Notes: generated by a model from the letters alone, not told the origin. Shown: positions 8,579-18,554, counted from the stretch's first letter. The stretch: DNA of 34,819 nucleotides from Planctomycetota bacterium (GCA_026386835.1 JAPLMV010000183.1:1-34819); one strand, 5' to 3'. Numbers and translations: made by a program.

Positions 8579-10489
8579 ATGTCAAATAAGACCTGTATCA
8601 TTACTTTTGAACCAAGCGGCCTTAATGTCCAAGTCCCCGTTGGGACTAATCTGCTTGAGGCGGCCCACAAAGCAGGGGTCTATCTAAGCAGTATCTGCGG
8701 CGGCGACGGCTGCTGCGGCAAATGCAAACTGATAATCAACCAGGGACAAATTGACAGCAGGCCCGGCACATCTCTTACCGAAGATGAAATAGACCAGAAT
8801 ATAGTTTTGGCCTGCAGGACCAGTGCCATTTCGGATATAACGGCAATGGTACCCAAAACGCACAGTCTAAAGACGGGCCGGATACTCACCGACACCAATA
8901 CTCACCGGCTCGGCGAGCTTGTCGACCAGGTGCGGGCGGAAGTTTTTGAGTTCGACCCGCTGGTTTACAAACTCACTGTTACAATGCGGCTGCCCTCTGT
9001 ACGTGACAACACCGCAGACCTTGAGCGTCTTTATATGGCCGTTCGGGAGAAAATTAACGCACCTGTAATAGAAACCGGCCTTGCTGTCATGCAAAAACTT
9101 TCAAAGGTACTCACTGCGGCAAACTACACGGTTGCGGTAACAATAGCAAAACATGACGGCGTGATGGAAATTATTGATGTCCAGCCGGCCAAATGCAGCC
9201 AGACGAGTTTTGCCGTTGCGGTCGATGTGGGAACAACGACGGTAGTCGCCCATCTTGTCGATTTGACAAACGCCGAAACTATAGATGCCGAGGCGATGTA
9301 CAACAGCCAGATAAAATTCGGAGAGGATTATATCCACAGAATCATCTATGGTGAACAGGAAGACGACGGGTTCAAAGAGTTGCAAAGTTGTATCATAAAT
9401 GACATAAATAGTCTAATTGGGACAATTGCATCGAGGCGGAAAATCGACCTGCAGGATATAACCGCTGTCGTCTGTTCCGGCAATACCGCAATGATACATT
9501 TCCTGCTGAATCTCGATTCAAAACGCATACGCAGAGAGCCGTATATCGCATCGGCGGGTTTCATACCGCCGATTCAGGCCTCGCAGGTCGGGATAAAAAT
9601 TAACAATAACGGCCTGTTGTATTGCCTGCCCAGCGTAGCGGCGTATGTCGGCGGCGACATTGTGGCCGGAGTATTGAGTACGCGGATTTATAACAAAACA
9701 GGTGTCAGTCTTTTCGTCGACTTGGGAACAAATGGAGAGGTGGTTTTAGGCAACTGCGACTGGATGGTCTGTGCATCAAGTTCGGCAGGCCCTGCCTTTG
9801 AAGGAAGCGGGGTAAAGTGCGGCATGCGTGCACAGACGGGGGCTATTGAGGAGCTGACGATTAACAGCAACGGGGACATCAAATTTAAGACCATTGGCGA
9901 TGTCAGACCAGTGGGCATTTGCGGCTCAGGTCTGCTGGATACCCTTGCAGAGCTTTTTGTAAATGGAATTATAGACAGGACAGGCCGATTCAAAAAAAAC
10001 AGCCGATGGAAATTAACTGAAGGCGGGGACGGCCTTGAGTTTGAGCTTTTCTCTCCAGGCACAGACGGGCCGGGGATAGTAATTACGCAGGCGGACATAA
10101 GTAATCTTATTCGCTCGAAGGCAGGGGTTTTTGCTGCGATAAAGGTGCTGATGAAAGCGATGGAGACTGAAACAGAAGACATTGAAATGGTTTATCTTGC
10201 AGGCGGATTCGGCAATTTCCTCAATGTTCAGCAGGCCGTTATTATCGGGATGCTGCCGGATGTACCTGCGGAAAAAATTAAATTCGTTGGCAATACCTCT
10301 ATCGCAGGGGCGAAAGCGGTTTTACTTAGCAAAAAGGCACACGAAACGGCAGAAAAAATCGCTCACAGTATGACTTATTTTGATTTGATGACTCATCCGG
10401 GCTATATGGATGAATTTATAAGGGCAAGTTTTTTACCGCACACGGACCTGTCGCTGTTCCCTTCGGCCCAGTGCGTGAAAACTGATTGA
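8579..10489 (+). CDS. acsV: Reductive activator of the corrinoid Fe-S protein (RACo; 2Fe-2S ferredoxin domain + ASKHA ATPase/DUF4445)
   Basis: 636 aa. It has an N-terminal plant-type ferredoxin motif (CGGDGCCGKCK ... LACRT) followed by ASKHA-like DVGTTT and DLGTNGE motifs. Its position between acsC and acsD matches RACo. Confidence 0.85.
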   Translation: MSNKTCIITFEPSGLNVQVPVGTNLLEAAHKAGVYLSSICGGDGCCGKCKLIINQGQIDSRPGTSLTEDEIDQNIVLACRTSAISDITAMVPKTHSLKTGRILTDTNTHRLGELVDQVRAEVFEFDPLVYKLTVTMRLPSVRDNTADLERLYMAVREKINAPVIETGLAVMQKLSKVLTAANYTVAVTIAKHDGVMEIIDVQPAKCSQTSFAVAVDVGTTTVVAHLVDLTNAETIDAEAMYNSQIKFGEDYIHRIIYGEQEDDGFKELQSCIINDINSLIGTIASRRKIDLQDITAVVCSGNTAMIHFLLNLDSKRIRREPYIASAGFIPPIQASQVGIKINNNGLLYCLPSVAAYVGGDIVAGVLSTRIYNKTGVSLFVDLGTNGEVVLGNCDWMVCASSSAGPAFEGSGVKCGMRAQTGAIEELTINSNGDIKFKTIGDVRPVGICGSGLLDTLAELFVNGIIDRTGRFKKNSRWKLTEGGDGLEFELFSPGTDGPGIVITQADISNLIRSKAGVFAAIKVLMKAMETETEDIEMVYLAGGFGNFLNVQQAVIIGMLPDVPAEKIKFVGNTSIAGAKAVLLSKKAHETAEKIAHSMTYFDLMTHPGYMDEFIRASFLPHTDLSLFPSAQCVKTD

Positions 10490-10503
10490 AAAGAAAAACA
10501 AAT

Positions 10504-11247
10504 ATGGCAACAACAATTGCAGTAAGCGGAAAAGGTGGTTCCGGCAAAACAACAATATCGGCGATGATTATACGCTCGCTGATGAAAAAACCGTCCAAAG
10601 CTATACTTGCTGTTGATGCAGACCCAAATTCGTGCTTAGGTCTTGCGATGGGAGTTATGCCGGAAAGCACCATAGCGGAAATTCGCGAGCAGACACGCGC
10701 AAAACCGGCTGCCAATGAAGGCCTCGACAAGGTGCGATCGGTTGAGTATGGGATTCAGCAGGCAGTTACCGAAGCAAAGGGTTTTGATTTGCTCACGATG
10801 GGAAGGCCTGAAGGGCCAAGCTGTTACTGTGCGGTCAATAACCTCCTGCGGAAGTTTCTCGATGACCTCAGTTCGGCATACGAATTTGTAGTTATCGATA
10901 ACGAAGCGGGGATGGAGCATTTGTCTCGCAGAACAACCAATAATGTTGACCTGCTTTTGATAGTGGCAGAACCAGGCCCGGTTGGAAAAGTTACCGCCAA
11001 AAGGATTTTTGAGCTTGCCAGGAAGCTGCCGATAGAAGTCAGGCAAATCGGCATTATATGGAACAGGACCGAGCTTGCTGACAGCGTGGATGGAATAGAA
11101 ACTTTCGGATGTGTGCCTTATGACAAAGCTGTTTTAGATGCAGCGATGCAGGGAAAAACGGTGCTTGATTTGGATGTGAATACACCGGCATTTGCTGCGG
11201 TACGAAGTATACTTGAGAGCAAAATAGGAAAAGTAAATAGAAAATAG
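10504..11247 (+). CDS. acsF: Second CooC-family Ni-insertion ATPase (ACS accessory protein)
   Basis: ORF 10486..11247. It has the Walker A motif SGKGGSGKTT and the CxC motif PSCYCAV. The ATG at 10504 avoids overlap with the upstream stop codon. Confidence 0.85.
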   Translation: MATTIAVSGKGGSGKTTISAMIIRSLMKKPSKAILAVDADPNSCLGLAMGVMPESTIAEIREQTRAKPAANEGLDKVRSVEYGIQQAVTEAKGFDLLTMGRPEGPSCYCAVNNLLRKFLDDLSSAYEFVVIDNEAGMEHLSRRTTNNVDLLLIVAEPGPVGKVTAKRIFELARKLPIEVRQIGIIWNRTELADSVDGIETFGCVPYDKAVLDAAMQGKTVLDLDVNTPAFAAVRSILESKIGKVNRK

Positions 11248-11263
11248 CATTGGAGGATTTCAG

Positions 11264-12223
11264 ATGCCAGTTCCTGAAGTTGCAGACAGTTTCAGCGGTT
11301 CGGTAACGAAAATTACGCTTGGTGCGGCAAAAGCCGGCGGCGGCACGCGAACGTCGACGATAACCGTAGGCGGCTCGCGCAATGTCGTTTATGGCGGCGC
11401 ACCGGACAACGCCGGCGAAAGGCCTGTCATTGCTATGGATGTTCTGGATATATGTCCAGACGACTGGCCCGATGCCCTTGTCGAACCATATAAGGATGTG
11501 CTTGGTAATCCCGTCGCCTGGGCGAAAAAATGTGTCAATGAATTCGGCGCCGATTTAATCTGCATCAAATTCGACGGCATTCATCCAGATAAAGGCGACA
11601 AAGATGCTGAACAGGCGGTAAAAGTTACACAGGATGTATTAAAGGCGGTCGGTGTGCCGCTTGTGCTGTGGGGCAGCGGAAATGCCGACAAGGATAATCA
11701 GGTCATGCCAAAGGTTAGCCAGGCCGCAAAAGGTGAGAACTGCCTCGTCGGTACGGTGACACAAGATAATTACAAGGCACTGACAGCGATAGCCCTTGCC
11801 GACGGCCACTGTCTTATTACCCATGCACCTCTGGACATCAACATCGCAAAGCAGATTAATATCCTTGTTTCCGATATGGGTTTCCCGCTTGAAAAGATAG
11901 TAACATTCCAGGCGACAGGTGCTCTTGGATACGGGATGGAGTATGCCTATTCGATTCAGGAACGTCAGCGGCTGGCGGCACTTGGCGGCGATAAGATGAT
12001 GGCAATGCCGGTCATCTGCGACGTGGGTTATGAGGCATGGCGTGCAAAAGAGGCGAAATTAGTGGATGCCCCGGCCGGCTGGGGAACTGTTCAGGACAGG
12101 GGACCGATGTGGGAGGCAACCACCGCAATATGTCTTCTTCAGGCAGGTGCAAATATAATCAGAATGCGTCACCCAACAGCGGTGGCTGCGGTTAAGAATT
12201 TTATACAACAGATTTGGCAGTAA
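11264..12223 (+). CDS. acsD: Corrinoid iron-sulfur protein small subunit (delta)
   Basis: 319 aa with a GGAGG RBS. It is a TIM-barrel CFeSP small-subunit-like sequence placed between acsF and acsE. Confidence 0.9.
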   Translation: MPVPEVADSFSGSVTKITLGAAKAGGGTRTSTITVGGSRNVVYGGAPDNAGERPVIAMDVLDICPDDWPDALVEPYKDVLGNPVAWAKKCVNEFGADLICIKFDGIHPDKGDKDAEQAVKVTQDVLKAVGVPLVLWGSGNADKDNQVMPKVSQAAKGENCLVGTVTQDNYKALTAIALADGHCLITHAPLDINIAKQINILVSDMGFPLEKIVTFQATGALGYGMEYAYSIQERQRLAALGGDKMMAMPVICDVGYEAWRAKEAKLVDAPAGWGTVQDRGPMWEATTAICLLQAGANIIRMRHPTAVAAVKNFIQQIWQ

Positions 12224-12264
12224 AAACTATTGAAAGCTGGAGATTTGGAAAGGAAAGGTTTGAT

Positions 12265-12996
12265 ATGATACTGATAGGAGAAAGAATTAACGGAATGTTC
12301 ACGGACGTCAAGCAGGCCATTGCCGACAAGAATAAAAAGGTCATTCAGGACCTTGCCCAAAGACAAACGCAGGCTGGTGCAACATATCTTGACGTAAATG
12401 TCGGCACCGCAGCCGCTGACCAGGAAGGCACTATTCAATGGCTGGTCGAAACACTGCTTAATTCGGCACCTTTGAATAAAAAGACCGATGAGGAAATATT
12501 ATACAAGTATATGGAAATGGCGGAAAAGGCAGGCCCAAAGGCAAATCTTATTGCCCTTGCAATGGATAAAAACGGCGTGCCGCAGGACACTGATACCCGC
12601 GTGGCGATAGCCGCTGAAATTCTGCAAAAAGCACTGGAAAGAGGGTTTGAAACGCAGAGGCTGTTCATCGACCCGATTGTTCTGCCTGTCAAGGTGCCCA
12701 ACGCTCAGACCCAGCCGGCAATTATCCTTGCGGCGATGGACCAGATTCGGCTTTTGGCAGACCCGCCGCCGCATATGACGGTAGGTCTCTCGAACCTTTC
12801 GCAGGGTGCAGCCGAGAGAAGTCTCATTAACCGTGTATTCCTCGCGATGGCTATGTCGCACGGCCTGGACTCGGCAATTGCCGATGTCTTCGACGAAAAT
12901 CTAATGAATGCCGTTGCCACTTGCGATATGTTAATGAACAGGCAGATATATTCCGACAGTTTCCTTAAAGTATATGCAACGGCGAACAAAAAATAG
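12265..12996 (+). CDS. acsE: Methyltetrahydrofolate:corrinoid/iron-sulfur protein methyltransferase (apparently about 24 aa shorter than canonical AcsE)
   Basis: ORF 12214..12996, trimmed to the ATG at 12265 (MILIGERINGMF, the canonical AcsE N-terminus). It retains the pterin-binding barrel motifs YLDVNVG, LFIDPIV, GLSNLSQ and LDSAIAD. The expected LDS...MINS segment is not found. Confidence 0.85.
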   Translation: MILIGERINGMFTDVKQAIADKNKKVIQDLAQRQTQAGATYLDVNVGTAAADQEGTIQWLVETLLNSAPLNKKTDEEILYKYMEMAEKAGPKANLIALAMDKNGVPQDTDTRVAIAAEILQKALERGFETQRLFIDPIVLPVKVPNAQTQPAIILAAMDQIRLLADPPPHMTVGLSNLSQGAAERSLINRVFLAMAMSHGLDSAIADVFDENLMNAVATCDMLMNRQIYSDSFLKVYATANKK

Positions 12997-13043
12997 CATA
13001 TAGGAAAAACGCTGCACAAATTACCAATCACGAGTCTTGAAAT

Positions 13044-14807
13044 ATGAACCTTGACCCCACAAAACTAAAGGGCTGGGAAATTGCCGAGCTTGCCGAGCAG
13101 CAGATGAAACCCATCAGCATGGTTGCTGCTGAATTAGGTCTGCAGGAGCAGGAAATTATACCGATGGGCAGGGCCATCGCAAAAGTTGATTACCGAAAGG
13201 TAATGGAACGGCTGACCGGCGACCACCAGGCCAAATATATCGACGTAACCGCTATTACACCAACACCGTTGGGTGAAGGCAAAACAACAACCACTATTGG
13301 TCTTGTCCAGGGTCTCGGTAAACTCAAAAAGCGGGTTGTCGGAGCAATAAGGCAGTCTAGCAGCGGCCCGACATTCAACATAAAAGGTTCCGCAGCGGGA
13401 GGGGGACTTGCCCAGTGTATTCCCCAGACTCCTCTTGCGATAAGATTGACCGGCGACATCGACTGTGTAACAAATGCACATAATATTGCGATGACTGCTC
13501 TTACATCCCGAATGCAGCATGAACAAAATTACAGCGACCAGGACCTTGTAAAACGAGGTCTTAAACGTCTTGATATCGACCCCAGTCGCGTCCAGTTCAA
13601 ATGGCTAATGGATTTTTGCGCACAGGCACTGCGAAATATCACCATCGGCAAAGGCGGAAAGATGGACGGTGTGGAGATGGAATCGGGCTTTGCGATTTCC
13701 GCATCCAGCGAGGTTATGGCGATTCTGGCGGTCGCAAAGGACTTGAAAGATATGCGAGAGCGCATGGGCAGAATCGTTGTGGCTTACAATAAGAAAGGCA
13801 ATGAAATCACCACCGCAGACCTACAGGTCGATGGGGCGATGACGGCATGGATGGCCGATGCCCTCAATCCCAATCTCCTGCAGACCATCGAAGGTCAGCC
13901 GATATTCGTGCACGCAGGACCTTTCGCAAATATCGCCATAGGACAAAGTTCGATTGCCGCAGACCTGCTTGGCACTAAATTGGCCGACTACCACATTACC
14001 GAAAGCGGTTTTGCCGCCGATATCGGCTTCGAAAAATTTTGGAACTTAAAATGCAGAATATCGGGCCTCAAACCCAGCGCCGTCGTCATTGTGGCAACCG
14101 TCCGTGCGCTGAAGATGCACGGCGGCGGCCCAGCAGTAAAGCCGGGAATGCCCCTCGATGATGCGTATGTTAAGGAAAATCTCGGCCTTGTCGAAAAAGG
14201 CTGCGAAAATCTTATTGCTCATATCGATATAGTTAAAAAAAGCGGCGTAAAGCCGGTAGTGTGTATAAACAGCTTTTACACCGATACCCAAGCCGAAATC
14301 GAACTGGTGCGAAAAATCGCCGATAAGAACGGCGCTTTGCCTGCTGTCTCGGAGCACTGGCTAAAAGGCGGTGAAGGGGCACTCGAACTGGCGCAGGCGG
14401 TCATGTCGGCCTGCAATGAGAAAAATAATTTCAGATTCCTCTACGATTTGAATACACCGCTTAGAAAACGCATAGAACTGATTGCAAAAGAAGTTTACGG
14501 CGCTGACGGCGTAAGTTACAGCGATACGGCACTTGAAAAAGCCAAAGCCATCGAGGCCGACCCGCAGGCAAATCATCTCGGTACATGTATGGCCAAGACG
14601 CATCTTAGCCTGTCCGACGACCCGAATCTCAAGAATAGACCGAGGGGCTGGACTCTTGCCATTCGCGACATTTTAGTGTACAAAGGAGCCGGCCTTGTCG
14701 TCCCGATATCTGGAACAATTAAACTTATGCCAGGCACAAGTTCAGACCCGGCATTTCGCAGAATCGACGTGGACGTCAATACCGGAAAAGTACACGGACT
14801 GTTTTAA
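13044..14807 (+). CDS. fhs: Formate--tetrahydrofolate ligase
   Basis: 587 aa with the P-loop TPTPLGEGKTTT, plus GPFANIA, VATVRALKMHGG and a C-terminal GLF. Confidence 0.9.
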   Translation: MNLDPTKLKGWEIAELAEQQMKPISMVAAELGLQEQEIIPMGRAIAKVDYRKVMERLTGDHQAKYIDVTAITPTPLGEGKTTTTIGLVQGLGKLKKRVVGAIRQSSSGPTFNIKGSAAGGGLAQCIPQTPLAIRLTGDIDCVTNAHNIAMTALTSRMQHEQNYSDQDLVKRGLKRLDIDPSRVQFKWLMDFCAQALRNITIGKGGKMDGVEMESGFAISASSEVMAILAVAKDLKDMRERMGRIVVAYNKKGNEITTADLQVDGAMTAWMADALNPNLLQTIEGQPIFVHAGPFANIAIGQSSIAADLLGTKLADYHITESGFAADIGFEKFWNLKCRISGLKPSAVVIVATVRALKMHGGGPAVKPGMPLDDAYVKENLGLVEKGCENLIAHIDIVKKSGVKPVVCINSFYTDTQAEIELVRKIADKNGALPAVSEHWLKGGEGALELAQAVMSACNEKNNFRFLYDLNTPLRKRIELIAKEVYGADGVSYSDTALEKAKAIEADPQANHLGTCMAKTHLSLSDDPNLKNRPRGWTLAIRDILVYKGAGLVVPISGTIKLMPGTSSDPAFRRIDVDVNTGKVHGLF

Positions 14808-14824
14808 TTTGCCAGGAGCGATAG

Positions 14825-15706
14825 ATGACTGCACGGATTATAGATGGCGCAAAAGTCGCTGCCGACATGCGGGCCGAACTGAAAGAACACGTTGCAGAAC
14901 TTAAGAAACAAGGCATTGTGCCCGGCCTGGGTGTTATTCTTGTCGGACAGGACCCCGCTTCAAACTCTTATGTTACCGCCAAAGAACGCGCCTGCGCAGA
15001 GATTGGGATTTATTCCGACGACAACCGCCTGCCCGCACAGACATCTCAGAAAGATTTGATTGCCCTGATAAAGAAAATGAACGCCGACCCCAAAATCAAC
15101 GGCATCCTCGTGCAGCTTCCTTTACCCAAACACCTAATCGAGGACCAAGTCCTTATGACCATCAGCCCCGACAAGGATGTGGATGGTTTTCATCCGACAA
15201 ATGTCGGCAGAATGGTCGTGGGCGAAAAGGCGTTTTTGCCCTGTACGCCGCACGGCGTTATTCAATTACTGATTCGCAGCTCCGTCACCATCGATGGTTC
15301 ACATGTGGTAATTGTCGGCAGAAGCAACATTGTGGGCAAACCACTTGCGAATATGCTCATTCAAAAAAGTCCGACCGGCAACGCCACTGTAACTATTTGT
15401 CATACCCGCACAAAAAACCTTGCCTTCCATACAAAACAAGCTGACATAGTCATCGCTGCTGCGGGCAAACCCAACACTATTACTGCGGATATGATAAAGC
15501 CCGGTGCAGTGGTTATCGATGTGGGTGTCAATCGTATTGAGGATTCGACGAAAAAAAGCGGCTACCGTCTTGTGGGTGACGTTGATTTTGAAAATGTAAA
15601 GGAAAAGGCAAGCCTGATTACTCCTGTCCCCGGCGGCGTCGGACCAATGACCATAACTATGCTGCTTTACAACACCGTCGAATCTGCAAAACGGAACGCT
15701 GAGTAG
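14825..15706 (+). CDS. folD: Bifunctional methylene-THF dehydrogenase / methenyl-THF cyclohydrolase
   Basis: 293 aa with an AGGAG RBS and the motifs [27 protein letters not shown] and [10 protein letters not shown]. Confidence 0.95.
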   Translation: MTARIIDGAKVAADMRAELKEHVAELKKQGIVPGLGVILVGQDPASNSYVTAKERACAEIGIYSDDNRLPAQTSQKDLIALIKKMNADPKINGILVQLPLPKHLIEDQVLMTISPDKDVDGFHPTNVGRMVVGEKAFLPCTPHGVIQLLIRSSVTIDGSHVVIVGRSNIVGKPLANMLIQKSPTGNATVTICHTRTKNLAFHTKQADIVIAAAGKPNTITADMIKPGAVVIDVGVNRIEDSTKKSGYRLVGDVDFENVKEKASLITPVPGGVGPMTITMLLYNTVESAKRNAE

Positions 15707-15724
15707 TTTTTTGCGCATAATAAT

Positions 15725-15751
15725 GGCCGTGAGTGTCTGTGCCCCACGGCC
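15725..15751. terminator. GC-rich hairpin between convergent folD and the 95-aa ORF (possible terminator)
   Basis: GGCCGTG (15725-15731) pairs with CACGGCC (15745-15751) around a 13-nt loop. There is no clean U-tract, so the call is tentative. Confidence 0.3.
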
Positions 15752-15800
15752 AACAAGGAGTAGTATTGTGTCAACAATCAAGAAACAGAAAGTTTATAGG

Positions 15801-16088
15801 TCAGCCTTTTCTGGCTACTAATTTTTCTTTGCCTTGCCTCTCATCTAACTTCTGCTTGACAAATTCGTACACACTACAGGCAGTATCCTTGGCCACGACC
15901 CCCAATCGGCTGACCGCAACATAAAAGTTTTGTTTGAATTCCCCCGGCTTTACCTCCGACAATGCATCGCTTTTTACAAAAGTGTTTGCCCCCGCATGCA
16001 AAGCAGGATTGGCATGTGCCGTCGTCAAACAGTAAACCGCAGTTGCGAAACCAGCAAAGTAAACAACCATCAGAAATAGGATTTTCAC
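15801..16088 (-). CDS. Small hypothetical secreted or membrane-anchored protein
   Basis: 95-aa ORF with a GTG start preceded by AAGGGGGG. The N-terminus is hydrophobic and signal-like (MKILFLMVVYFAGFATAVYC). No family recognised. Confidence 0.5.
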   Translation of the reverse strand: MKILFLMVVYFAGFATAVYCLTTAHANPALHAGANTFVKSDALSEVKPGEFKQNFYVAVSRLGVVAKDTACSVYEFVKQKLDERQGKEKLVARKG

Positions 16089-16099
16089 TTTCCAGCCCC

Positions 16100-16860
16100 C
16101 CTTGTAAATTTCTTCAAATTACCTAAAATAGTTTGTAGCAAGAGAGTTCATGGTTCGTAGCAAGACTTTGCCACGAAATACGTACTACGAACTATCAACT
16201 ACGAACTTATTTATCTATCTCTGCCCAATTAAAATATAACATAAAAAAAAGGCTTTGCCAAATCGCAGGGCCGGTCGTTCCATATTTTCTACCATTGCTG
16301 AGATTGGGTTTGATTGGGTTTGTTTTGCATAATAGTCCACATCCCATAATTCGTTGTAATTCCTTGTATTTACTAATGTTAAAACATTTTTAGCATTTTG
16401 AAAATTGGGTTTGTTTTGCATAATTTGATATTTTTGGTCGAAATATTTTTAGCCAAGAACACAGAACTCAGTCCGTAAGGACTCCATAGGAGAACACAGT
16501 ACCCAGAATAAGAGAATAAAAATTCCATATAGAGAAAACACGATAAATCGTGTACTCCAAACGAGGACAGAAAAACTGCGTCCCTATAAAGGGGGGAAGC
16601 TGCGCGTTTGGTCGAAAAAAGTTCACCACGAAGCTCACGAAGAGCACGAAGAAAAGTCATAACTAATTGTAAAATAAAGAGTTAAAAATGGTGAAAAATT
16701 TTTTAAAATTTCCGTTTTTGCCTTTTGGATACCTGCGCGTTTGGCCGAAGTCGTGTTGCGTATATCGTATATAGTATTGCGTTATTTAGGGAAAGCGGTT
16801 TAACGGTGGAACGGCAATAAAGAGCATAAGGCATGAAGAGAGTTTTGGGTTCGTAGTTCA
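16100..16860. repeat. Repeat-laden non-coding region (short direct repeats and REP-like low-complexity motifs)
   Basis: The 21-mer ATTGGGTTTGTTTTGCATAAT occurs at 16313-16333 and 16404-16424. The 10-mer ATTGGGTTTG is tandem at 16303-16322. CTGCGCGTTTGG(T/C)CGAA occurs at about 16600 and about 16732. CACGAAG and TACGAAC runs lie at 16140-16210 and 16620-16650. The only ORFs here are translations of these repeats. Confidence 0.6.
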
Positions 16861-16864
16861 TAGT

Positions 16865-17050
16865 TCATGAGGTTTGACTATTGTCATGCGTCGTTTTTTT
16901 GTCTCCGGAACTTTTTCTTCTGATGATAGCCTGACGAAGGATATATTCGATTTGGCCATTTACACTGCGAAGTTCCTCGGCTGCCCAACGCTCAAGTTCA
17001 GTCCATAATTCTGGATTGATTCGTAAAAGAAACTGTTTTCGTGTTTCCAT
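16865..17050 (-). CDS. Arc/MetJ-type ribbon-helix-helix DNA-binding protein
   Basis: 61 aa. [36 protein letters not shown] matches the Arc-family pattern (beta strand, helix, helix). It lies 41 nt downstream of the SPFH gene on the same strand. Confidence 0.65.
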   Translation of the reverse strand: METRKQFLLRINPELWTELERWAAEELRSVNGQIEYILRQAIIRRKSSGDKKTTHDNSQTS

Positions 17051-17091
17051 TATATATTTTTAAGTCTTTAAACTTCATCTTCAAAAATATG

Positions 17092-18072
17092 TTATGTGTA
17101 GAGTGTGCCTGTATTGATTACCGGATGCACCTCGGTTTCACCACATAGTACCACCATAAGGTTGCTGACCATAGAGGCCTTTCGCTCATCATCGAGGATG
17201 ACGACTTTTTGTTCGGAAAGCTCACGAAGAGCCATTTCGACCATACTGACCGCACCGTGGACAATTTTTTGTCGTGCGGCAATAATAGCCTCAGCCTGTT
17301 GGCGGCGAAGCATTGCCTGGGCTATTTCAGGAGCATAGGCCAAATGTGTAAGACGTGCTTCTTCCACAAAGACACCTGCCTTTATCAATCGTTCCAGGAG
17401 CTGTTCCCGAAGAGCCTTTGAAACCTCATCAATACTGCTTCGAAGCGTAAATTCGTTTTCTTCTCCATAGTCATAGACATATGAACTTGCCAGATGACGG
17501 ATTGCAGATTCACTTTGAATTTTTACATAATTCTCGTAGTCATCAACATCAAAGGTTGCCTGGGCAGTGTCTGCAACACGCCAGACTACTACAGCAGCTA
17601 TTTCGACAGGATTGCCGCGTTTGTCATTGACCTTAAGTTTGTCGCTGTTAAAATTCCTTGCTCTAAGCGATATTTTATATCTATGTTTTGGAAAAGTGAT
17701 AGAGATCTGCGGGCCTTTATAATCTTGTTGTACAGTTTTAACGGCTGGGCCACTGGCATAGAAAGGATTGGCCCAATGAAAACCGCTGGTACGAACAGTA
17801 CCGTGGTATGCTCCAAATAAAATCAAGACGCGTGCCTCGTTAGACTGAAGTGTAAAAAATCCACGAAACATGATTAAGCTGGCGATAATAATTAATATGC
17901 TGCCAACCAGATTCAGCCGAGCAATACTTCCAGTTCTTTCGGTTTGAATGATAGTATGCACAAGCAGCCAGATACCCAGGCCGAGCAAAGTTATGTTAAT
18001 CAACAACATAGGCCACCCACTTAAAACTTTAATTTCTTGTTCTTTGCTTGTTTTAATTGTTATCCCGTTCAT
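17092..18072 (-). CDS. SPFH/Band 7 (stomatin/flotillin-like) membrane protein
   Basis: 326 aa. It has two N-terminal TM segments, then an SPFH core ([13 protein letters not shown] ... [11 protein letters not shown] ... IRHLASSY) and an alanine/glutamine-rich coiled region ([23 protein letters not shown]). Confidence 0.85.
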   Translation of the reverse strand: MNGITIKTSKEQEIKVLSGWPMLLINITLLGLGIWLLVHTIIQTERTGSIARLNLVGSILIIIASLIMFRGFFTLQSNEARVLILFGAYHGTVRTSGFHWANPFYASGPAVKTVQQDYKGPQISITFPKHRYKISLRARNFNSDKLKVNDKRGNPVEIAAVVVWRVADTAQATFDVDDYENYVKIQSESAIRHLASSYVYDYGEENEFTLRSSIDEVSKALREQLLERLIKAGVFVEEARLTHLAYAPEIAQAMLRRQQAEAIIAARQKIVHGAVSMVEMALRELSEQKVVILDDERKASMVSNLMVVLCGETEVHPVINTGTLYT

Positions 18073-18391
18073 ATTTAATCCTTTCCTTTTATGGTTTTAC
18101 CTTTTACAGTTTTAAGTTTATATCATAATGATATTATATTGAAATCATAAATCAAGAAAAAAATGGGGTTTATAGTAAAAATTTTAAGAATTTATAAATG
18201 CGTGCAAAAATGCAGTTAGTTCTTTATTTACAAGGTGTTACACAAATTATTATATCAAATTATTTAAATTTGAAAAATAGAACTTTGGCAAATGCGGGTT
18301 AACAGGTGTTGCTGATATGATAAAGACGGCGAAATAGCCGCAAGTCTCTGGTCGTTAGAAAAACGGTGGGATAAAGACCCAGTCCTGCCGG

Positions 18392-18436
18392 ACTAACAAA
18401 CCCTGCCATTGTGATGGCATGGCTAACCGATAAGGA
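18392..18436. repeat. 45-nt perfect direct repeat, copy 1 (core of a degenerate unit of about 110 nt, 18329-18436)
   Basis: ACTAACAAACCCTGCCATTGTGATGGCATGGCTAACCGATAAGGA, containing the hairpin GCCAT-tgtg-ATGGC. The flank AATAGCCGCAAGTCTCTGGTCG resembles the flank of copy 2. Confidence 0.85.
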
Positions 18437-18534
18437 TTTGAAGAAAATCAAAAATTAAAAATCAAAATGCAAAATTGTGGAGTAAGACAGTTTTGATGTA
18501 CCCGCCGAAATAAAGAGAAAGACTGCCGGACTGG

Positions 18535-18554
18535 ATTCCTGCTTTCGCAGGAAT
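18535..18554. repeat. Perfect 8-bp stem / 4-nt loop hairpin (REP-like)
   Basis: ATTCCTGC-TTTC-GCAGGAAT, lying between the two 45-nt repeat copies. Confidence 0.6.

Noticed and set aside
13044-14807. Fhs is about 28 aa longer than the Moorella enzyme and has RQSSSGP where I recall REPSLGP
   Set aside because: The extra residues form one contiguous in-frame stretch (around MQHEQNYSDQDLVKRGLKRL), and all nucleotide- and folate-binding motifs are present. This is probably normal lineage variation rather than an insertion event.
103-15781. Numerous 60-245-aa ORFs antisense to or overlapping rex, sppA and the WL genes (for example 5133-5870, 7495-8100, 9688-10182, 15299-15781)
   Set aside because: They lie wholly inside long ORFs with unambiguous family signatures on the other strand or frame. 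Their compositions are Arg/Ser/Pro-rich, typical of shadow ORFs.
16215-16660. Two minus-strand ORFs (68 and 93 aa) in the repeat region
   Set aside because: Their sequences (MQNKPNF..., ...LRALRELRGELF...) are direct translations of the duplicated 21-mer and the CACGAAG micro-repeats. There is no RBS and no coherent protein features.
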